A stretch of DNA of 22,079 nucleotides, taken from a virus (taxonomy: Duplodnaviria > Heunggongvirae > Uroviricota > Caudoviricetes). Every line of letters starts with the position of its first letter. Within the stretch, counting starts at the first letter, position 1. A program made the position numbers and the translations under genes. Shown here one piece after another: positions 8,126-15,098 of this stretch. The notes beneath the pieces were generated by a model that made no database searches, was not told the origin of the DNA, and saw only the letters and a program-made list of their open reading frames with translations. Location: IMG/VR virus record IMGVR_UViG_3300014519_000074. One strand, written 5' to 3'.

Positions 8126-8692
8126 ATGCTTATTGGCTATGTACGCGTGTCAACAAATGACCAGAACACCGATTTGCAACGTAATGCACTGAACTGCGCG
8201 GGATGTGAGCAGATTTTTGAGGACAAAATCAGTGGCACTAAGTCCGACAGACCGGGGCTGAAAAAACTACTCAGGACACTATCGGCAGGAGACACGCTGG
8301 TTGTCTGGAAGCTGGACAGGTTGGGGCGCAGTATGCGGCATCTTGTTACGCTGATAGAAGAGTTGCGCCAGCGTGGTGTGAATTTCAGAAGCCTGACTGA
8401 CAGTATTGATACCAGTACCCCAATGGGCCGTTTCTTTTTTCATGTCATGGGTGCCCTGGCTGAAATGGAACGCGAACTGATAGTTGAACGTACCAGGGCA
8501 GGGCTGGCTGCAGCTCGTGCCAAAGGCAGAGTAGGTGGACGCCGTCCTAAGTTGACCACCGAACAGTGGGCACAGATTGGGCGTTTACTCGAGGCCGGAG
8601 AATCAAGACAGCGTATTGCACTGATTTTTGATGTAGGCGTTTCTACCATTTATAGAAAATTTCCGGCAAATAAGATCAATGAATCCCCCTGA
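8126..8692 (+). CDS. Serine DNA invertase of the Gin/Pin/Cin/Hin family (ORF track start 8120; ATG at 8126 gives MLIGYVRVST...)
   Basis: Translation MLIGYVRVSTNDQNTDLQRNALNCAGCEQIFEDKISGTKSDRPGLKKLL...DTLVVWKLDRLGRSMRHL...GRFFFHVMGALAEMERELIVERT...GGRRPKLT...VGVSTIYRKFP is near-identical in pattern to Gin/Cin/Pin, with the catalytic Ser in the YVRVST motif and a C-terminal helix-turn-helix; GGGGGA Shine-Dalgarno upstream. Confidence 0.95.
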   Translation: MLIGYVRVSTNDQNTDLQRNALNCAGCEQIFEDKISGTKSDRPGLKKLLRTLSAGDTLVVWKLDRLGRSMRHLVTLIEELRQRGVNFRSLTDSIDTSTPMGRFFFHVMGALAEMERELIVERTRAGLAAARAKGRVGGRRPKLTTEQWAQIGRLLEAGESRQRIALIFDVGVSTIYRKFPANKINESP

Positions 8693-8740
8693 ATCAGCAT
8701 TATGTTGATTATCCCTGCAAGCAGACAAATACCGTTATTT

Positions 8741-8758
8741 TGTGTGAATAACGACACA
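8741..8758. promoter_or_regulatory. Candidate Ogr-type activator site (TGT-N12-ACA) of a PF-like late promoter, about 80 bp upstream of the FI start
   Basis: TGTGTGAATAACGACACA seen in the invertase-FI intergenic region; P2 late promoters carry TGT-N12-ACA dyads centred near -55. The motif is short and expected by chance a few times in 22 kb. Confidence 0.4.
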
Positions 8759-8834
8759 ACTGCGCTTAGCTGTTTGTCAGGCACAATCACTTCAACATAG
8801 GGCGAAGCCTAATCCAATCAGGAGGTTCGCCACT

Positions 8835-9797
8835 ATGGCTCAGGATTACCACCACGGGGTGCGCGTTGTTGAAGTCAACGAAGGTACCCGATCTATTACC
8901 ACGGTGAGCACCGCCATCGTGGGTATGGTCTGCACGGGCGATGATGCCGATGCAAAAATGTTTCCTCTTAATAAACCCGTGCTGATCACTGATGTGCTGA
9001 CTGCCAGCGGTAAAGCGGGTGAGTCAGGTACTCTGGCCCGTTCGCTGGATGCCATCGCTGACCAGGCAAAACCCGTGACCATTGTTGTGCGTGTGCCGCA
9101 GGGTGAAACGGAAGACGAAACCACGACCAATATCATCGGCGCAGTGACTGCAGAAGGTAAAAAAACAGGTATGAAAGCCCTGTTATCTGCCCAGTCACAG
9201 CTCGGCGTTAAACCGCGCATTCTCGGCGTGCCAGGCCACGACACCAAGGCGGTAGCTACTGAGTTGCTGAGCGTGGCGCAAAGCCTGCGTGGATTTGCTT
9301 ACCTGTCAGCGTATGGCTGCAAGACAGTGCAGGAGGCGATCACTTACCGCGAAAACTTCAGCCAGCGCGAAGGGATGCTGATCTGGCCTGACTTTACTGG
9401 CTGGGACACGGTGCTGAATGCCGAAGCAACGGCATATGCCACCGCCCGTGCGCTTGGTCTGCGCGCCAAAATTGACGAGCAGACCGGATGGCACAAAAGC
9501 CTGTCCAACGTGGGCGTGAACGGTGTCACCGGAATTTCTGCAGATGTGTTCTGGGATCTGCAGGACCCGGCAACCGATGCAGGTCTGCTGAACCAGAACG
9601 ACGTCACCACGCTTGTGCGTAAAGACGGTTTCCGCTTCTGGGGTTCCCGCTGCCTGAGTGATGACCCGCTCTTTGCCTTCGAAAACTACACCCGCACGGC
9701 GCAGGTGCTGATGGACACGATGGCAGAAGCACACATGTGGGCGGTGGATAAACCGCTTAACCCGTCGCTGGCCCGCGACATTATCGAAGGTATGTGA
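8835..9797 (+). pseudogene. FI: Tail sheath FI, 5' part (N-terminal 320 codons), truncated by the inversion junction; opposite strand to all flanking late genes
   Basis: Translation MAQDYHHGVRVVEVNEGTRSITTVSTAIVGMVCTG...FENYTRTAQVLMDTMAEAHMWAVDKPL...ARDIIEG is colinear with the P2 sheath N-terminal ~320 residues; it ends with M-stop contributed by junction sequence; AGGAGG Shine-Dalgarno upstream. Confidence 0.88.
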
Positions 9798-9800
9798 GAA
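9775..9800. other. Hybrid recombination site (inversion junction 1): sheath-derived GCGACATTATCG + AA core + gix-like half-site GGTATGTGAGAA from gene H
   Basis: Joining FI 8835..9788 to the reverse complement of 6193..5975 restores ...[15 protein letters not shown]... in frame; the H-side half-site encodes the H residues LLTYL. Confidence 0.7.
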
Positions 9801-10836
9801 GACCAGCTACATCCTTTCCACTCAAATTGGTAAGCGTATTGTCCAGCGGTTGTTTACCTGCCAGCGCATTAAGCATTGTCGTGGCAAAGTTCGGATCATT
9901 CCCCAGTGCCGCCGCCAGTTCGTTCAGTGTATCCAGTGCAGCAGGTGCAGAACCCACCATTCCTGCAATCGCCGATTTCACAAAAGCCGTAGTGGCAATC
10001 TGTGTATTGTTGACCGACTGCGCCGCCGTGGGGGCTGTAGGCGTTCCGGTGAGTGCCGGACTCGACAACGGTGCTTTTAGTGCCAGCGCATTGTTAATGG
10101 TGGTACTGAAATTCGGATCATTGTTAATGGCTGCGGCTATTTCTTTCAGCGTGTCCAGCGTGGCTGGCGCACCATTAATAAGGGCCGTCAGTGCCGCCTG
10201 TACAAACGCAGTGGTCGCAACCTGCGTGGTATTATTCCCCGCCGCTGGCGTTGGCGCTTTGGGGGTTCCGGTAAATGTCGGGCTGGCTTTTGGCGCGTAC
10301 TGTGAATGCGGGTCCGGTGCGGCAAGATGTTTTGCCATCTGATCATCCGCGTACACCTTCAGCTCCAGTGCCTTGTCATCCACATACTTGCGGGTTGCCA
10401 GCACTACAGCAGGGTCGATTTTCAGGGTGATATTGTCCGTGCTGCTGGTAATCAGCACCATGCGCACGGTCTGAGTGCGCCCGCTACCTTCAGCCAGTTG
10501 CGGCTTATAGCTTTCCGGGCAGTTGCCCACGGCAATCAATGCACCTGACTCATCAAACAGGCCCACTTCACGTATCCACCAACCGCCCTCGTTTTCAGGG
10601 ATCACCTGTTCGGCAATAATCTGGCTGCTGTTCTGCGGGTCGATATAAAGCATATTCAGCGCAGCCCGGCGTTTCTCATTTACCAGTGCCGTCTGCTTTG
10701 CGTCCGGCGTTGGCAATACTCCACCGCCATCGCCCACCGCCATATGGGTAATTTTTAGCGGCACACCGAGCGCGGCGGCGCTGGCAAGTTTCGCCGCGCC
10801 AATATCCGTCAGCAGGGTATAAAATTTTGTGCTCAT
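9781..10836 (-). CDS. H: Tail fibre protein H, constant N-terminal part (351 aa), ending in a junction-derived stop and lacking a C-terminal receptor-binding cassette in this orientation
   Basis: N-terminus MSTKFYTLLTDIGAAKLASAAA...; two tandem ~70-aa fibre repeats (...NTQVATTAFV...DPNF...); last codons ...LLTYLR* cross the junction into FI-derived sequence. Confidence 0.85.
   Translation of the reverse strand: MSTKFYTLLTDIGAAKLASAAALGVPLKITHMAVGDGGGVLPTPDAKQTALVNEKRRAALNMLYIDPQNSSQIIAEQVIPENEGGWWIREVGLFDESGALIAVGNCPESYKPQLAEGSGRTQTVRMVLITSSTDNITLKIDPAVVLATRKYVDDKALELKVYADDQMAKHLAAPDPHSQYAPKASPTFTGTPKAPTPAAGNNTTQVATTAFVQAALTALINGAPATLDTLKEIAAAINNDPNFSTTINNALALKAPLSSPALTGTPTAPTAAQSVNNTQIATTAFVKSAIAGMVGSAPAALDTLNELAAALGNDPNFATTMLNALAGKQPLDNTLTNLSGKDVAGLLTYLR
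9844..10281. repeat. Tandem duplication (2 x ~215 bp) encoding two copies of a ~72-aa tail-fibre shaft repeat within H
   Basis: Protein repeats TGTPKAPTPAAGNNTTQVATTAFVQAALTALINGAPATLDTLKEIAAAINNDPNFSTTINNALALKAPL and TGTPTAPTAAQSVNNTQIATTAFVKSAIAGMVGSAPAALDTLNELAAALGNDPNFATTMLNALAGKQPL; the nucleotide copies both contain TTCGGATCATT. Confidence 0.7.
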
Positions 10837-11438
10837 GGATTCACTCTCATTGTGTCAATAACATGGACCGCCCCGCCTTCATGCGCGGTGCCACCGGAAA
10901 TAATCGTTTCGTTGATATACGGATAGATCGTGATTTCTTCGCCAAGATAGCTGGCGGCTCCCACCCAATGCGGGCCGCTGGTCTGCAGATTGATGGACAT
11001 GCCGATCATGTGGCGGCTACATGGTTTGGCATCGCTTATCAGTCGCTCAAGTTCCAGATAGGTATCTTCAGTGATGCCCTGGTCCTGCACGCCGATATCC
11101 AGGCGAAACGTGCCCGGTGTTTCTCCGGTCTGCCACCACTCAATAATGCGGATCAGGAATCCGAACGGCTCCACCACCCGCCGCACGGCACTGGTGGTCC
11201 CTTTATGCTGATGAATATAAAAAGCATCCTTCACCACCTGGCGCTTGACGCTTTCTGTCCAGCCCTCGTCCCAGCGATCCACAGAGAACGCCCAGGCGAG
11301 ATAAGGCAGGAAACTGACCGGACAGGTTGCCGGATTCCACAAATCACGAAGCGGCACCTGCAGATCAGAAATCCCGCTGCAGGTTTGCGCCAGTCGGCAC
11401 TCCAGTGGTGTTGAACCCGGTGGCAGCAGACTATTCAT
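10833..11438 (-). CDS. I: Baseplate/tail fibre attachment protein I
   Basis: 201-aa ORF between J and H; position and size as P2 gpI; 4-bp overlap with the H start. Confidence 0.8.
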   Translation of the reverse strand: MNSLLPPGSTPLECRLAQTCSGISDLQVPLRDLWNPATCPVSFLPYLAWAFSVDRWDEGWTESVKRQVVKDAFYIHQHKGTTSAVRRVVEPFGFLIRIIEWWQTGETPGTFRLDIGVQDQGITEDTYLELERLISDAKPCSRHMIGMSINLQTSGPHWVGAASYLGEEITIYPYINETIISGGTAHEGGAVHVIDTMRVNP

Positions 11439-12339
11439 CCGTTCCTCCGTTGGTTACGCTCCACTGCGTACATGATGCCGCCTGTGTTTTGTTCAGGACC
11501 ACATCCGCCAGAGGAGAAGCCAGCTCCACACGCTGCACCCCCTCAACATGCAGGGCGGCAAAGATGGCGCTACGGCGAATATCCCGACCAAGACGCGTCT
11601 GACTGGCGATGTACTTCTGCAGGCTGGCTTTTGCCGCTGCCATTACCGGCTCTGCTTCCGGTCCAGGATAGAGAAAAATGGTGGCTTCCACGCGATACGG
11701 GATGATTTCTGCGCTGCGAACCGTAAGACGGTCAGCCACCGGGCGGACGTTCTCACTGTTCAGAGCTTTTTCCACCACGTCCAGCAGGTCTTTTTCTGCA
11801 GTTCCATCGCCTTCGCGGCTAAGGACAGTCAGCACCACCTCTGCAGGTGCCGGGCTGGTTGCACTGGCATCCGCCACCCGACCGTCGGCGCTTCGGGCAT
11901 GAAATTCATAAGCTGCAGTTGGCCCCGCAACAGAAAGCCCTTCAAAGGCTGCAGGCACACGCAGGCGCAACGCTTCATCGCTTTCCATCACAGCTGCAAC
12001 GGGCGGCACAGCATCATTATCAGCAGGCGTCACCGTCAGGCGTGTCACGTTGTAGTTGGCAGCGAGCTGGTCAAGATCGCCGCCCATCGCGTAAGCCACC
12101 ATCACCGCCTGCGCGGCTTCGTTAATGCGCTGGCGCAGAAGCAACTCACGGTAAGCGTTCTCCTGCAACAATTTAGTGGCGGGTTCAGATTCCAGTTCCA
12201 GCGTGCGGATCACTGCTTCCTGCTCATCTTTCGGATGAAGCGCCACAAATTCTGCCTTGCGTTCGGCAAGCAGCGTCTCAAAGTCCGGCACATCCACAAT
12301 CTGCGGTGCAGGCAACTGCGAAAGGTCAATCACTGCCAT
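11431..12339 (-). CDS. J: Baseplate assembly protein J (likely start MAVIDLSQLPAP at 12339; ORF track extends to 12378)
   Basis: Translation MAVIDLSQLPAPQIVDVPDFETLLAERKAEF...IRTLELESEP is colinear with P2 gpJ (MPIIDLNQLPAP...). Confidence 0.85.
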   Translation of the reverse strand: MAVIDLSQLPAPQIVDVPDFETLLAERKAEFVALHPKDEQEAVIRTLELESEPATKLLQENAYRELLLRQRINEAAQAVMVAYAMGGDLDQLAANYNVTRLTVTPADNDAVPPVAAVMESDEALRLRVPAAFEGLSVAGPTAAYEFHARSADGRVADASATSPAPAEVVLTVLSREGDGTAEKDLLDVVEKALNSENVRPVADRLTVRSAEIIPYRVEATIFLYPGPEAEPVMAAAKASLQKYIASQTRLGRDIRRSAIFAALHVEGVQRVELASPLADVVLNKTQAASCTQWSVTNGGTDE

Positions 12340-12685
12340 TCTCTGCTCCTGTTGATACGGAAAGGGACACAGGCACACCGTTATTCCGCCGCCCGGTCAG
12401 CTCCACCACCATTGAACCGTCAAAATTGCTGTTGATGGTGATGGAATCCAGCGTCAACCGTGGCTCCCAGCGACTCAGCGCCACATACACTGCCGACATG
12501 ACCTGCAGGCGTAATGCCGGATTTTGTGGCTGATCTATCAGTGCCGACAGCAGGGAACCATATTCCCGGCGGGCAATACGGCTACCCTGCGGTGTCAGCA
12601 GAATGTCCCGCACCGACTGGCGCAGATGATCAATATCAGTAATGACTTTGCCGCTGGTATTGTTCATCCCGCTATAAAGCGTCAT
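12326..12685 (-). CDS. W: Baseplate wedge protein W (GPW/gp25 family)
   Basis: 119-aa ORF MTLYSGMNNTSGKVITDIDHLRQSVRDILLTPQGSRIARREYGSLL...; matches the P2 gpW pattern; between V and J. Confidence 0.85.
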   Translation of the reverse strand: MTLYSGMNNTSGKVITDIDHLRQSVRDILLTPQGSRIARREYGSLLSALIDQPQNPALRLQVMSAVYVALSRWEPRLTLDSITINSNFDGSMVVELTGRRNNGVPVSLSVSTGAENGSD

Positions 12686-13260
12686 ACCGGGCCTCCGGTT
12701 GTATCGCCGCCTTTCAGGACGCCAGTATGCTGATGCGCATCAACCACGATCCCGTTAGAACTCATCGCTCCGCCGCCCTGGGTAACGCCACCATTGATCA
12801 CCACTTCGCTGTTAATGCGCGTGCGGTCAGCCTCCAGTACAAACTCACTGGTTTTCATGGTGATGTTGTCAGCAGCCTCAATGACCATTGATTTGATGCC
12901 CCTGACATACCAGCGCCCGGTGGCGGGTTCGTATTCAAACCAGCCACCGTCAGGATGTTCTGTCACGCAGGCGTCCGCCGACGTCGACGGTGGTGCGAAC
13001 TGATTCGAATAGACAGCGGGCAGCGCAAAGGCGGTTTCCAGATTGCCGCCCAGACTCAGCAGCACCACCTGCTCACCTTCCGATGGTCGCCACCATGTAC
13101 GGGCATTCCCGGCACGCAGCGTCAGCCAGCTGATCCAGTTGGTTTCAAGCTCGCCCGTTTTCACCCGGCAAAGCCAGTTTTCCCTGTCCACTTCGGTGAC
13201 TACCCCTGTGCGGATCAGGTTGGTGATAAGGCGCATGATTTCGGTTAATTGTGCGTTCAT
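12682..13260 (-). CDS. V: Baseplate spike/hub protein V
   Basis: 192-aa ORF with C-terminal ...GVLKGGDTTGGPV; position and size as P2 gpV. Confidence 0.85.
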   Translation of the reverse strand: MNAQLTEIMRLITNLIRTGVVTEVDRENWLCRVKTGELETNWISWLTLRAGNARTWWRPSEGEQVVLLSLGGNLETAFALPAVYSNQFAPPSTSADACVTEHPDGGWFEYEPATGRWYVRGIKSMVIEAADNITMKTSEFVLEADRTRINSEVVINGGVTQGGGAMSSNGIVVDAHQHTGVLKGGDTTGGPV

Positions 13261-13306
13261 AGGGAAAGGTTGCCATCAGGGGAAGAAAGGCGGCAGTGCT
13301 GCAACT

Positions 13307-13324
13307 TGTATCAGTGCTGATACA
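13307..13324. promoter_or_regulatory. Candidate Ogr-type site of a PV-like late promoter; part of a perfect 20-bp palindrome TTGTATCAGTGCTGATACAA (13306..13325)
   Basis: TGT-N12-ACA dyad centred about 55 bp upstream of the V start codon in the S-V intergenic space; the perfect dyad extends beyond the core motif. Confidence 0.5.
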
Positions 13325-13328
13325 AAGA

Positions 13329-13775
13329 TCACCCCGCCAGCCATTGCAGAATCATGTCGCGGGTCATTGCCTCAACATCATCATTTACACCCAGAAGGCG
13401 ACGCTCTGCGTAACGCACCTCCGGTCCCTTACGACTGACGCGATCTCGCAGGCCGTAATGGTGAACGCGGGCAATGCGCTGCACCTTGCCTTCAAACTGC
13501 ACGCTGGCAGAGTCGGCGCTGGCGGAAGTTTTCAGGTATTTTGTGGTGCGCAGCTTTGCAAACATCTGACGTTTGATACGGCCTTTTTTACTGCGTGCTG
13601 TTACCCGTCGCGGTTCATAACTGCTGCCATCTGGATTGCGCTGCATTCTGATATTTTGCTGCTGTGTCCGGCGTAGTTCCTGCGCCAGCTGGCGCATCAT
13701 GCGGCTTCTTGCGGCTGGCTCCAGATTCGCCAGCAAGGCACTCAGCCAGTCGTCCACTTTCTGCAGTTCAGCCAC
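13329..13775 (-). CDS. S: Tail completion protein S
   Basis: 148-aa ORF MAELQKVDDWLSALLANLEPAARSRMMRQLAQELRR...; colinear with P2 gpS. Confidence 0.88.
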   Translation of the reverse strand: MAELQKVDDWLSALLANLEPAARSRMMRQLAQELRRTQQQNIRMQRNPDGSSYEPRRVTARSKKGRIKRQMFAKLRTTKYLKTSASADSASVQFEGKVQRIARVHHYGLRDRVSRKGPEVRYAERRLLGVNDDVEAMTRDMILQWLAG

Positions 13776-14199
13776 GTTTCACCGTCCACATTTCTTCAGG
13801 TTCATCAGGTTCCGCTATAGCTTCAACGCTCGACACACTGCCGTCAGTGCTGACCAGCACACGCTCCGTCAGTTGCAGGTTGAGGCTGATATCACAGACA
13901 TCGTTGCGCAGAATATCCACCTCAAAGGTGAATAGCTTTTCCCGTAACGCCGGGTTATTGATGGCATCGGGCTGGTTATCACGCAGCCACAGCAAAACCG
14001 GGGCCATCAGCAGATTCTGGTCGCCGCTGAAATCCTCAATCACCACGTTCAGGGTGTAGCGGTACTCCCATGACATGGAGCTGGCCCCCGTGGCAACCAG
14101 CGAACCGTTATCCACAAACAGATGCAGTTTGTCCGGGTTATTGCGGACATAAGGCACCGCTTTATTGAGGGCGTGGCGCAGGGATTGTGGTTTGTTCAC
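13768..14199 (-). CDS. R: Tail completion protein R (GTG start at 14199 preceded by AGGAG; ORF track begins at an upstream TTG at 14220)
   Basis: From the GTG: (M)NKPQSLRHALNKAVPYVRNNPDKLHLFVDNGS..., colinear with P2 gpR (MLKPDSLRRAL...); AGGAGCGAAACA-GTG seen on the minus strand. Confidence 0.85.
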   Translation of the reverse strand: MNKPQSLRHALNKAVPYVRNNPDKLHLFVDNGSLVATGASSMSWEYRYTLNVVIEDFSGDQNLLMAPVLLWLRDNQPDAINNPALREKLFTFEVDILRNDVCDISLNLQLTERVLVSTDGSVSSVEAIAEPDEPEEMWTVKRG

Positions 14200-14452
14200 T
14201 GTTTCGCTCCTGACACGCAATAATCATGTCCACTTTGTCTGCACAGACCGCCCAGGCGGCCTCCGTTTCATCCAGCAACGCATTCAGATCACCGTTAGTG
14301 CGCGGTGCTGCCTGCTCCAGCCGACACGGCGTCACTCGCGGACAACCACTGACGGTAAGCTGCACCTCCGGTGAGTGCCGGACGTTCCCGCAGCCGGATA
14401 ATGTCAGCAGGCAAAGGAGTATCAGCCCAGTGGCGTAAATCCTCGTTCTCAC
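14162..14452 (-). CDS. lysC: LysC / Rz1-like outer-membrane spanin lipoprotein, partly embedded in lysB in another frame
   Basis: N-terminal signal with lipobox LTLSGC, short Pro-containing mature part; overlaps lysB by ~160 bp and R at its 3' end, as in the P2 lysB/lysC arrangement. Confidence 0.65.
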   Translation of the reverse strand: MRTRIYATGLILLCLLTLSGCGNVRHSPEVQLTVSGCPRVTPCRLEQAAPRTNGDLNALLDETEAAWAVCADKVDMIIACQERNSEQTTIPAPRPQ

Positions 14453-14723
14453 GTTTCAGTTCCTCGATCCGGCGTTGTCGTTGTCTCAGCTGTGCGCTGG
14501 TCTGTTCTGCTTCGGCATAGAGCCGCGCCTGCTCCCGGTTATTGGTTTCAGTCAGAATGGACAGGCTGATAAGCTGGCTGTTGCTCTTTGCCAGTGCCTG
14601 GCTTTTGCTCTGCAGCTCGTTTGCCTGCGTGCTGATGGTCTGGCTGGCATCAGCCAGCCGCCACGTCTGCCAGCCCAGCGCCGCTAGTAATAACGCCAGC
14701 ACAACCAGCAGCAACCGGTTCAT
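14295..14723 (-). CDS. lysB: LysB / Rz-like inner-membrane spanin
   Basis: N-terminal transmembrane helix (LLLVVLALLLAALGW) followed by a coiled-coil-like, Q/E/R-rich periplasmic domain. Confidence 0.7.
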   Translation of the reverse strand: MNRLLLVVLALLLAALGWQTWRLADASQTISTQANELQSKSQALAKSNSQLISLSILTETNNREQARLYAEAEQTSAQLRQRQRRIEELKRENEDLRHWADTPLPADIIRLRERPALTGGAAYRQWLSASDAVSAGAGSTAH

Positions 14724-15097
14724 GCTGCTACCTGTTGCGCCATCTGATTACGGGTGATCCAGAAGGCAATAACGGTCAGTAGATAAAAGACCAGGGTAAT
14801 AGCCCACCCCGTCCATGCGAGACTTACAACAATCAGCAATCGCATCACCCAACTGATAAATACGTTTTCTTTTCGGGTAATTGTCTTCAGCAAAGATGCC
14901 CTTAACTCCTGCCAGAGCGGGCCATTCTGAATTAACGCAGCCAGTGCTACCGGAATTACCGCCCATGTCAGCAAACAGGCTACCCAAACGCCGGACGCTG
15001 CCAGTACCGGAAAGATCCCCTGCGGATACACCATTGCTGCGATTAACAGCGCCATCCATAACATCAGAAACAGTCCGCTGATTAATTTCTTTTTCAT
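14720..15097 (-). CDS. lysA: LysA-like multi-pass membrane lysis-timing protein (start MKKKLISGLF...; ORF track extends upstream to 15169, overlapping the endolysin)
   Basis: Highly hydrophobic ~125-aa protein with several predicted transmembrane segments, immediately downstream of the endolysin as in P2. Confidence 0.6.
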   Translation of the reverse strand: MKKKLISGLFLMLWMALLIAAMVYPQGIFPVLAASGVWVACLLTWAVIPVALAALIQNGPLWQELRASLLKTITRKENVFISWVMRLLIVVSLAWTGWAITLVFYLLTVIAFWITRNQMAQQVAA

Positions 15098-15098
15098 T

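Noticed and set aside
8835-9797. Possibility that the plus-strand 320-aa ORF is a complete, unrelated protein
   Set aside because: It is colinear with the sheath N-terminal four-fifths, and the missing C-terminal fifth is found at 5975..6195 with an exact in-frame join; a standalone gene is therefore unlikely.
9794-10342. 182-aa Ala-rich plus-strand ORF antisense to H
   Set aside because: Mirror image of the Ala/Thr-rich fibre repeats; no ribosome-binding site; the minus-strand H is colinear with known fibres.
11548-12435. 295-aa plus-strand ORF overlapping J and W
   Set aside because: Cys/His/Arg-rich translation typical of the antisense frame of a GC-rich gene; the minus-strand J and W calls explain the region.
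13306-13325. The 20-bp palindrome as a rho-independent terminator
   Set aside because: No GC-rich stem followed by a U-run; its position and TGT-N12-ACA core fit an activator site better.
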